From the NCBI RefSeq assembly GCF_963921235.1, contig NC_086097.1:199022001-199086000 (forward strand): 64,000 bases of DNA, given 5' to 3'. This DNA is from Mobula hypostoma (taxonomy: Eukaryota). Positions 27,796 through 38,548 of this stretch are shown here, one piece after another (the first letter of the stretch is position 1; the number at the start of each line of letters is the position of its first letter). The position numbers and the translations under genes were made by a program. The notes beneath the pieces are model-generated. The model ran no database searches, was not told the origin of the DNA, and saw nothing but the letters and a program-made list of their open reading frames with translations.

Positions 27796-27859
27796 TGATG
27801 CATACAGACTTGCAGGAACTTTGAAGACTGTTTCAAGGACTCTGTCGTTTTCTCACTTC

Positions 27860-27977
27860 TCTCTTTTTTTAAAATCTCCAGTTCCCGCTGAATGGTCTCG
27901 GTCCGAAATGTCAACTGTACTCTTTTCGATAAATCCTGCCTGGCCTGCTTGAGTTCCTCCAGCATTTTGTGTGTGTT
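27860..27977 (+). repeat. Decayed PLE tail
   Basis: ggtctcggtccgaaatgtcaactgtac...cctggcctgcttgagttcctccagcattttgtgtgtg; hammerhead core mutated. Confidence 0.7.
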
Positions 27978-27983
27978 ACTATA

Positions 27984-28891
27984 TAGTCGGCCCTCCTTAT
28001 CTGCGAGGGATTGGTTCCGGGATCCCTAGCGGATACCGAAAAACGCAGATGCTCAAGTCCCTTATTCAATCTGCCTCAATGTGGTGGACCTTAGGACCCA
28101 GCGGAACCCCGGACCTTATTTAACCTGTCTCAGTGAGGTGGATATTAGGACCCGGGGGCGCAGCTCTGAACTTGCAGCTTTTCTGTTCACAAAAATAATC
28201 ATGATCACGATTGAAAATAAAGTGGAAATAATAAAGCGATCAGAAAGAGGTGAAGTGCCATCGGTCATTGGAAAAGTGTTAGGCTACAGTCAGTCAACGA
28301 TCGGAACAATTTTACGGGATAAAGTGAGAAAGGCCCTGTCCCAATTAAAGCTACAGTTATTACTAAGCAACACAGTGGTTTAATTATTGGGTTTTGGGGT
28401 TTTTGGTTTTTGATCCTCCACATCAACCTGGCACGGATGGAGAGCGCGCTCAGGAGTGCTCTATCACTGGATCGAACTCGAGAATTTCCATTCCCGAGCC
28501 TGGCGCTGAAACATACGTTTCTTAAGTGTTTTATATGCATAGGAAGGTAAAATATATACTATATACTAAGATAAACGTTTGACTAACTGACGCTAAATAA
28601 TGCCAGATATACCTGTTCCGACTTACTTAGTAAGAGAACATCCGTTTTTTTTCGATCCCGATCCACGATAACCTATGCACATCCTCCCATATACTTTAAA
28701 TCATCTCTAGATTACTTATAATACCAAATATAATGTAAATGCTATGTAAATTAGTTGCTATACTGCATTGTTTAGGGAATAATGCCAAGAAAAAAAAGTC
28801 TATACAAGCTGGAAGAGCACTTCTGGGTTTTCTCGATTCACGGTTGGTTGAATTCGTGCATGTGGAACTCATGGATAAGGAGGGCCAACTG
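27984..28891 (+). mobile_element. Internally deleted Tigger/pogo DNA transposon with MER2-like ends
   Basis: TIRs (t)AGTCGGCCCTCCTTATC / GATAAGGAGGGCCAACTG with TA on both sides. ITIENKVEIIKRSERGE...STIGTILRDK resembles the CENP-B/psq HTH of Tigger transposases. Confidence 0.9.
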
Positions 28892-29914
28892 TATTTCCTT
28901 AGTTTCTTTCCACTAAAGTCAGTGCCCAAAATCCAGAGTGCACTACTAGTCAATTACCAGCTTATTTGGTTCAGCCGACAGTATGAATCAAATGGCCTTT
29001 TCCTGTGCTGTAATGTTCTATATTCAAAGCATGCTTAGTGATTGATCTAATAATGCCCATTATCTGTTATCTTTTCAATGTTTCAATTCTTTTCCATTCT
29101 TTAGAACATTGTGTTAGGGAAGCAGCATTTTAATATATTTTTGTAACATAAATGTTCATTCCTTTGCTCTTAGCCAAGCACTTTGTTTAATTTCTTTTCA
29201 ATTTTAGAATATACACTTGATTATGTTTCTGAACTCCACCAATATTCAGAGATTTCTTTCTACCCTGCTTTCAATTGTCTTCCCAATGAGCATATAATTC
29301 ATGATTCTTGCATGGTATTATCATTTTACTTCCAAATTTTCCATAAATCCATTAACTTCCTGAATCTGGAATAGTTAGGCATGGTATTTCCCACACTTCC
29401 TAATTGATGTCATTCTCAAATAGCTAGAGCTGAATTTCAATTTTGAAGTCAGTTATGAAAATGATATACTGCAAATGTGGAGCACCATCAAAATATATTT
29501 GCATAATAGATCTGATTAAAAAATAAGAAATTTGTTTCTTGTTGGGATCAGCTGACTGAAAACAGTTTCTACTAACTTCCTCCCTCCAAACTTTTGCTGC
29601 ATGTTTATCCCATCGCCTCTCCTAAGAACAATCCTGGTTTTTCCAGATAAGTTATTTATTCTTTTGCCAAGCTGCTTTGCATCTCTGTAAGATAAACTTC
29701 CTAAAGTTTGGTGCACAAAATGGGTAGAGCATTGGGGTTTAACTAATATTATATAGCAGAAAAATATTCCAAATGCTGGAAATCTGAAATAACAACAGAA
29801 AACACCAGAAATACTTTGCAGGTTAAGTTGAATCTGTGGAGAAAGAACCAGAATTAGCATTTCAGGTGAATAATCTTTAAAGAATAATCAACATGAAATA
29901 TTACCTCAGCTTCT

Positions 29915-30450
29915 CAATGCAAAAACCCTGGTTAGAACACATTTGCAATATTGTGTTCAGTTCTGGTTGCCTCATTACAGGAAGGAAATGGAAGGTTTAG
30001 AAACTGTACAGACGACATTACCACATGGATAGGGAGCATGTCATATAAGGATAGATTGAGCTAGCTGGGAATTTTCTCTCTGAAGAAGAGGCAACTTGAT
30101 AAATGTGTACGAGATAAAAAGAGGCATGGGTCGAACGGATAGCTGGAGACTTCTTCCCAGGGCGGAAATACCTAATACCAGAAGGCATCATTTTAAGGTG
30201 ATTGGAGGAAAGTATAGTTGGGGGGGAGGGGGAGAATGTCAGAAGAAAATTTTGTATACAGTGTAGTGGGTTCGTAAAATGCCCTGCCAACAGTGGTGGT
30301 AAAGATATTAGGAATATACACGAAACTCTTAAATAGGCACATGGGTAATGGAAAATTAGAGGGTTATGTAGGAGAGAAGGGTTAGTTGACCTTAAAAGCT
30401 CAACACTTCATGGGCTGGAAGGTCTGTACTGTGCTATAGTGTTCTATGTT
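29915..30450 (+). mobile_element. Decayed CR1 3' fragment
   Basis: tattgtgttcagttctggttgcctcattacaggaagg (YCVQFW); tgttctatgttct tail. Confidence 0.8.
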
Positions 30451-30851
30451 CTCTTTGTCCACCAATAAAGTTGTAAGAGTACTCCTTACTGTAGTGTCAT
30501 CAGATTTTGAGATTATGCCCCTCAGTTTGGAGGTTGTTATTATCAAAGAGAGATGTTGTCCCTTCTACTCTTCTCGTTTAAACAGTAAACAGCTATTCAC
30601 TATTACTCTCCATTTTCTGGTCCTTGGATTTGTACCCAAACATCCTTAACCACTTGGATTCAAAGTTTTTGAAATGACCATTTAGTGATATTTTAGTAGA
30701 AACCTTTTGAAATGTTATGTGTACATCAGCATAACATGACCCACACAACCCTTATCAAACCTCTTCCTCTTCATCACCATAAACCAGTTACTCTTGAGCA
30801 ATACATCACACATGTTCTTTACACCTTGTGAAATCTGCATACACTTGCATT

Positions 30852-33800
30852 CATAAGACTGTAAGACATAGAAGCAGAATTAGGCCCTTTGGCCCACCGA
30901 GTCTGCTCTGCAATTTTATCCATTTCCCTCTTAACCCCATTCTCCTGCCTTCTCATCATAACCATTCATGCTATGATTAATCAAGAACCTATTAAACTCT
31001 GTCTTATATACACCCAGTGACCTGGACTCCACAGCTGCCTGTGGCAACAGACTCCACAGATTCACCATCCTCTGACGGCAGAAAATCCTTGTCATCTGTT
31101 CTAAATGAACATCCCTCTATTCTGAAGCTGTGGCCTCTGTTCCTAGACTCCTCCATTATATAAATCACATGCAGTCTATCTAGGACTATCAACATTCGAT
31201 AGGTTTCAATGAGATCCCCATTCATTCTTTTAAATTCCAGTGAATACAGGCTCAGAGTCATCAAACATTCCTCATATATCGTAACACTTACATTCTGGAA
31301 TAATTCTCATGAATCTCCTTTGAACTTTTTCCAATGACATCACATCCTTTCTTAGATAAGGGGTCCTAAACTGCTCACAATACTTCAAGTGAGGTGTCAT
31401 TGGTGCCTTATAAAGCCTCAGTATTACATCCTTACTTTTATATTCAAATCCCCTCAAAATGAGTGTTAATATTGCACTTGCCTATCTCACCACTGACTCA
31501 GCCTGCAAGTTAACCTTTAGGGAACCCTGCATGAGGACTTCCAAGTCCCTTTGCACCTTGGATTTTTGAATTTTCTCCTTGTTTAGAAAACAGTCTACAC
31601 TTTTATTCCTTCTACCAAAGTGCAAGACCATACATTTCCCAATTGCATTCCATCTTCCACCTCTTTGCCCGTTCTCCTTATCAGCAGCCTCCCTGCTTCC
31701 TGAACACTACCTGTCCCTCTACCTACCTTAGTATCTTCCGCAAACATAGCCACAAAGCTATCAATTCCAACATCCAAGGCATTGGCCTATAACATTGAAA
31801 TAAGCTGTCCCAACACAGGCAGCTGTGGAACACCACTAGTCACTGGCAACCAACTGCAAAAGGCTCCTTATATTCCCACTTTTTTCTTCCTGCCTGTCAG
31901 TCAATTTTCTATCCATACTCTTTCCTGTAATAACATGGGCTCTTTTCTTGCTGAGCAGCCTCATGCATGGCACCTTCTCAAAGGTCTTCTGAAAATCCAA
32001 ATACACAACATCCACTGATTCTCCTTTGTCTGTCCTGCTTGTTTCTTCCTCAAAGAATTCCAATAAAATCAGGCAAAATTTTCCCTAGAGGAAAACATCC
32101 TGAGTTTGGTCCATTTTATCATGTGCTTCCAAGTACCCTGAAACCTTATCCTTAACAATTGACTCCAATATCTTTCCAATTATTGAGGTCAGGCTAACTG
32201 GCTGACAATTTTCTTTATCCTGCCTCCCTCTCTTTTTGAAGAGTGGAGTGACATTTGCAATTTTCTAATCCTCTGGAACCACGCAAGAATCTATTGATTC
32301 TTGAAAGATCATTACTAATGCTTCTACAATCTCTTCAACTACCTCCTTCAGAACATTGGGATGTCTGACTTGTCCAGGTGACATCAATTTTCAGACATTT
32401 CAGCTCCTTGGCACCTTCTCCCTAGTAATAGCATCAGCACTCACTTCTGCCCCCTGACACTCCTGAACTTCTGGTATACTGTCTTCCACAGTGAAGAATG
32501 ATGCAAAATACTTATTCAGTTCATCCACCATTTCCTTGTGCCTCATTACTACCACTCTAGCATCATTTTCTAGCTGTCTGATATCTACACTCACCTCCCT
32601 TTTTATATATCTGAAAAAGCTTCTGGTATCTTCTTTGCTGTTATTGGCTAGTGTACCTTCATTTTTCTTTTCCCAGCTTATGGCTTTTTAAGTTACCTCT
32701 GTTAGTTTTTAAAAACTTCCCAATCCTCTAACTTTCCACTAATTTTTGTTATATTACAGTATATGCCCTCTCTTGTGCTTTTTTGTTGGCTTTGGTTTTC
32801 TTTGTCCGCCAAGTTTGTGTCATCCTGCCTTTAGAATATTTCTTCCTCTTTGAAATGTATCGATCCTGCGCTTTGTGAATTGCTCCTAGAAACTCCAGCC
32901 ACTGCTGCTCTGCTTTCATCCCTGCTAGCATCCCCTTTCAATCAAATTTGGCCAGCTCCTCTTTCATGCCTCTGTAATACCCTTATCCCCACAGTAATAT
33001 TGGTACATCTGACTTTACCTTCTCCCTCTCAAATTGCAGGTAAATTCTCCCATTTTATGATCATTGTCTCCTGAGGGTTCTTCTACCTTAATCTCCCTAA
33101 TCAAATCTGGTTCATTACACAACACCCAATCCAGAATAGCTGGTGAGTACAATCACAAGCTGCTCTAAAATAATATCTTGTAGGCAGAATACAAATTCTC
33201 TCGCACAAAATCTGGCACCAACTTGATATTCCCAATCTATCTGCATATTGAAATCCCCAGGTATATCATAACATTCCCCTTTTGACATGCCTTCTCTACC
33301 TCCTGTTGTAATTTGTAGCCCACATCCTGGCTATTGTTCAGATGTCTATTTTATCCTTGCTGTTTCTTAACTCTACCCACAAGGATTCTAAATCTTCCAA
33401 TCCTATGCCAACCCTTTCTAGCTTTTCATTCCAGGAATGAAAGGGTTATCATACGAGGAACGTTTGATGGTTCTGGGTCTGTACTTGCTGGAATTAGAAG
33501 GATGGGGGGGGGGGATCTCATTGAAACCTTTCCAATGTTGAAAGGACTAGACAGAGTAGATATGGAAAGGATGCTTCCCGGGTTGGGTGAGTCTAGGACA
33601 AGAGGGCACAGCCTCAGGATAGAGGGGCGTCCATTCAAAACAGAGATGCAGAGAAATTTTTTTAGTCAGAGGGTGGTGCATTTGTGGAATTTGTTGCCAC
33701 AGGCAACTATGGAGTCCAGATCATTGTGTCACTTCCTGACACTGTATTCCATCTGCCATTTCTTTGTCCATTCTCTTAAACTGTCTAAATCCTTCTGTAG

Positions 33801-34869
33801 CCTCTTTACTTCCTGAAAACTACCTGCCCCTCCACCTATCTTCATAACATCTGCAAAGTTTGCATCAAAGCCATCAATTCCATCATCCAAATCATTGACA
33901 TATAATGTAGAAGGAATCTGTCCCAACACAGACCCCTGTGGAACACCACTTGTCACCAGAAGCCAAGCAGAAAAGGCTCCCTTTATTCCCACTCTTTGCA
34001 TCCTGTCAATTAGCCACTGCTTTATCCATGCTAGAATCTTTCCTGTAATATCGTGGACTTGTAGCTTGTAAAGCACCTTCATGCGTAGCACCTTGTCAAA
34101 GTTCTTCTGAAAATCCAAGTGCACCATATCCACCAATTCTTCTTTGTCTATCCTAAGAGACTATCTTCTCTTTTATGTATCCTTGGATGTCAAGCTCCTA
34201 ACTATAATCTCCTTTAGGCATGACTCAGTGATGCCCACATCATACCCACCAACCTCTAATTGCGCTACAAGGTCTTCTACATTATTCTGTGTACTGTGTG
34301 CATTCAAATATAACACCTTCAGTGCTGTATTCATCACCCTTTTTGATGTTGTCCCCCTGTTAAGTTGCTACTCATCCCATTTGCCTGTCCTTCCTGACAG
34401 TCACACTACACACTGTCTCTGCTTGTATGCCAACTGACCGATCCTCAGCCGTATCACTCTCGTTCCCATACCCCTGCCAGCTTAGTTTAAATTTTCCCCA
34501 ACAGCTCTAGCAAACCTGTCCACAAGGATATTGGTCCCCCTAGGGTTCAGGTGTAACCCGTCCCTTTTCCAGAGGTCATAGGTCCCCCTAGGGTTCAGGT
34601 GTAACCGATCCCTTTTCCAGAGGTCATAGGTCCCCCTAGGGTTCAGGTGTAACCCGTCCCTTTTCCAGAGGTCATAGGTCCCCCTAGGGTTCAGGTGTAA
34701 CCCGTCCCTTTTCCAGAGGTCATAGGTCCCCCTAGGGTTCAGGTGTAACCCGTCCCTTTTCCAGAGGTCATAGGTCCCCCTAGGGTTCAGGTGTAACCCG
34801 TCCCTTTTCCAGAGGTCATAGGTCCCCCTAGGGTTCAGGTGTAACCCGTCCCTTTTCCAGAGGTCATAG
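30852..34869 (-). mobile_element. Decayed CR1 (end of ORF1 plus ORF2), internally rearranged at about 33424-34145
   Basis: Minus-strand ORF2 fragments; a plus-strand CR1 piece at 33424-33727; a second RT piece at 33728-34145; ORF1 end at about 34480-34869. Confidence 0.85.
34533..34868. repeat. Minisatellite, 7 x 48 bp, nearly perfect
   Basis: Unit GGTCCCCCTAGGGTTCAGGTGTAACCCGTCCCTTTTCCAGAGGTCATA starts at 34533, 34581, 34629, 34677, 34725, 34773 and 34821. Only copy 2 differs. Confidence 0.97.
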
Positions 34870-36302
34870 CTTCAGGTCATAGATCTCTGTGCATGTTTTT
34901 TTTTTGCAAAACTCAAAAGACATTTCAGTTTGTCTAACAGATAATTCTGCCAAGCTCAAATCTCAATGTCGAAACTAACACCGTTTAGAAACTATAGAAA
35001 ACTACAGCAGAGAAACAGGCCTTTTGGCCCTACTTGGCTGTGCCGAACCATTTTCTGCGTAGTCCCACTGACCTGCACACGGACCATATCCCTCCATACA
35101 CCTCTCATCCATGTAACTGTCCAATTTATTCTTAAATGTTAAAAAAGAACCCACATTTACCACCTCGTCTGGCAGCTCATTCCATACTCCCACCACTCTC
35201 TGTGTGAAGAAGCCCACCCCAATGTTCCCTTTAAACTTTTCCCCCCTCACCCTTAACCCATGTCCTCTGGTTTTTTTTCTCCCCTTTCCTCAGTGGAAAA
35301 AGCCTGCTTGCATTCACTCTATCTATACCCATCAAAATTTATATACCTCTATCAAATCACCCCTTATTCTTCTATGCTCCAGGGAATAAAGTCCTAACCT
35401 ATTCAACCTTTCTCTGTAACTGAGTTTCTCAAGTCCTGGCAACATCCTTGTAAACCTTCTCTGTACTCTTTCAACCTTATTTATATCCTTCCTGTAATTT
35501 GGTGACCAAAACTGAACACAATACATCAGATTCGGCCTCACCAATGCCTTATACAACCTCATCATAACATTCCAGCTCTTATACTCAATACTTTGATTAA
35601 TAAAGGCCAATGTACCAAAAGCTCTCTTTACGACCCTATCTACCTGTGACGCCACTTTTAGGGAATTTTGTATCTGTATTCCCAGATCCCTCTGTTCTAC
35701 TGCACTCCTCAGTGCCTTACCATTAACCCTGTATGTTCTACCTTGGTTTGTCCTTCCGACGTGCAATACCTCACACTTGTCTGTATTAAACTCCATCTGC
35801 CATTTTTCAGCCCATTTTTCCAGCTGGTCCAAGTCCCTCCGCAGGCTCTGAAAACCTTCCTCACTGTCTACTACACTTCCAATCTTTGTATCATCAGCAA
35901 ATTTGCTGATCCAGTTTACCACATTATCATCCAGATCATTGATATAGATGACAAATAACAATGGACACAGCACTGATCCCTGTGGCACACCACTAGTCAC
36001 AGGCCTCCACTCGGAGAAGCAATTCTCTACTACCACTCTTTGGCTTCTTCCATTGAGCCAATGTCTAATCCAATTTACCACCTCTCCATGTATACCTAGC
36101 AACTGAATTTTCCTAACTAACCTCCCATGCGGGACCTTGTCAAAGGCCTTACTGAAGTCCATGTAGACAATATCCACTGCCTTCCCTTCATCCACTTTCC
36201 TGGTAACCTCCTCGAAAAACTCCAATAGATTGGTCAAACATGACCTACCACGCACAAAGCCATGTTGACTCTCCTTAATAAGTCCCTGTCTATCCAAATG
36301 CT

Positions 36303-36878
36303 GTAGGGGGTGTATGGGGTGTCAGGGAGGGGTAGCACCTCTGGTGGGGGAACATGTCGCGTCCTTTTCAGGGTGGTTAGTCCACCTTTGGTCCCCACCT
36401 GGCACTCAGCTCTCACCTGTGGCTCCCCGTAGCTGTTTGCATGAGACAGCAGCCACACCCCAGGCAACGGCTTCGACAAGCTGGCTAAACCAGGTGAGGG
36501 TAGCCGACGGGTCTCAAACCCTTGGTGTGATAGGGAGTTGTCTATTCCAGCACGTGAACACAGACACCAGTGGATTGAGCGGACGAGACCTATGGAAGGT
36601 CCAACGGTCAAGAAGGCGGTCTCTGCAAGTGTCGTGGAACGTGTAGAGCAGGACAAGACACAGAAGACGTCCTGGTCATCCACTGCGCCTAGTCCCATCT
36701 CCAGCCGTCTAGACTCTGTCTTGCCACTGGATCCAGATGGGAATTGGGAAGAGAGAGTGAGGCTGACACTGCGCAACTCTCCCTCACTTAAATCCAAATC
36801 ACGCGCTAGTCTTGACACCATCATAATGGTGTTGAGGTCCTCATCGACGTCAACAATGGACGAACAACCAACCAACCA
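36303..36878 (+). mobile_element. 576-bp non-autonomous non-LTR retroposon with 11-bp TSD and (ACCA)n tail
   Basis: ATCCAAATGCT at 36292-36302 and 36879-36889. Removing the insert and one TSD copy restores the CR1 frame (HLD|RQGL). 3' hairpin at about 36811-36836. Confidence 0.92.
36316..36501 (+). ncRNA. Candidate HDV-like (nested double pseudoknot) self-cleaving ribozyme
   Basis: P1 GGGGTGT/ACACCCC; P2 GCTCTCACCTG/CAGGTGAGGGT; P3 GGC/GCC; L3 TCCCCGT plus an inserted hairpin; (A)GGCAAC; P4 CGGCTT-CGAC-AAGCTG; J4/2 GCTAA. Folded by eye. Confidence 0.75.
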
Positions 36879-38548
36879 ATCCAAATGCTTGTAGATTCTG
36901 TCTCTTAGTACTCCCTCCAATAACTTACCTACTACCGACGTTAAATTTACCAGCCTATAATTTCCCCGATTACTTTTCGATCCTTTTTTAAATAACGGAA
37001 CAACATGAGCCACTCTCCAATCCTCCGGCACCTCACCTGTAGACAGCGACATTTTAAATATTTCTGCCAGGGCCCCCGCAATTTCAACACTAGTCTCCTT
37101 CAAGGTCCGAGGGAACACCCTGTCAGGTCCCGGGGATTTATCCACTTTAATTTTCCTCAAGACAGCAAGCACCTCCTCCCTTTCAATCTGTACAGTTTCC
37201 ATGATCTCACTACTTGATTCCCTTAATTCCATAGACTTTATGCCAGTTTCCTTAGTAAATACAGACGCAAAAAACCTATTTAAGATCTCCCCCATTTCCA
37301 TTGGTTCCGCATATAGCCGACCACTCTGATCTTCAAGAGGACCAATTTTATCCCTTACAATCCTTTTGCTCTTAATATACCTGTAAAAGTTCTTTGGATT
37401 ATCCTTCACTTTGACTGCCAAGGCAACCTCATGTCTTCTTTTAGCCCTCCTGATTACTTTCTTAAGTATTTTCTTGCACTTCTTATACTCCTCAAGCACC
37501 TGATTTACTCTCTGTTTCCTATACATTTCATACAACTCCCTCTTCTTCTTTATCAGAGTTGCAATATCCCTGGAGAACCAAGGTTCCTTATTCCTATTCA
37601 ATTTGCCTTTAATCCTGACAGGAACATACAAACTCTGCACTCTCAAAATTTCTCCTTTGAAGGTTTCCCACCTACCGATCACATCTTTGCCAGAGAACAA
37701 CCTGTCCCAATCCATGCTTTTTAGATCCTTTCTCATTTCTTCAAATTTGGCCTTCTTCCAGTTCAGAACCTCAACCCTAGGACCAGATCTATCCTTGTCC
37801 ATGATCAAATTGAAACTAATGGTGTTATGATCACTGGAACCAAAGTGCTCCCCTACACAGACTTCCGTCACTTGTTCTAACTCGTTTCCTAACAGGAGAT
37901 CCAATATTGCATCTCCTCTAGTTCGTCCCTCTATATATTGATTTAGAAAACTTTCCTGAACACATTTTACAAACTCTAAACCATCTAGACCCCTAACAGT
38001 ATGGGAGTCCCAATCAATATATGGAAAATTAAAATCCCGTACCACCACAACTTTGTTTCCTGTAGTTGCCTGCTATCTCCCTGCAGATTTGCTCTTCCAA
38101 GTCTTGTTGACTATTGGGTGGTCTGTAATACAATCCCACTAATGTGGCCATACCTTTCCTGTTTCTCAGCTCCACCCATAAGGACTCAGTAGACAAGCCC
38201 TCTAATCTGTCCTGCCTGAGCACTGCTGTAATATTTTCCCTAACAAGCAATGCTACTCCCCCACCTTTCATTCCTCTGCCTCTCTCACATCGATCACAAG
38301 AGTTTCTTTCTCTTTTGTCTTTATTGGCTGAACTAGGTATTATTGAATAAAGTCTGAAGCCAAGTGGTGTTAAGAAATATTAAGAAATGTGGGTGGCCGG
38401 GGTTTTAGGTGAAGCTTAAAGGAAGAGAGAGGGTTAGAGAAAACTGGGGCTTGGAACAAGAGATGATTGCAAATCCAGAATTTGAAGCCTAAGCAAATAA
38501 AGGAATGGATACCAATAATGGGGCAATAGATAGGACAGGATTAGATAT

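Larger units (their letters stand above)
34985..38292 (-). mobile_element. Young CR1 LINE, most of ORF2 (EN-RT), split by a 576-bp insertion
   Basis: Long open frames 35332-36297 and 36234-38048 with GSSDH, KSPGPD, GVPQGSVL and KFADD motifs. Confidence 0.94.

Noticed and set aside
34533..34868. CRISPR-like array
   Set aside because: Units are head-to-tail with no unique spacers, derive from CR1 ORF1, and the context is eukaryotic with no cas genes.
36234..38048. 604-aa ORF as a novel fusion protein
   Set aside because: It is CR1 ORF2 reading into the antisense strand of the 576-bp insert and then out of frame. The stop-free insert is curious but has no recognisable domain.
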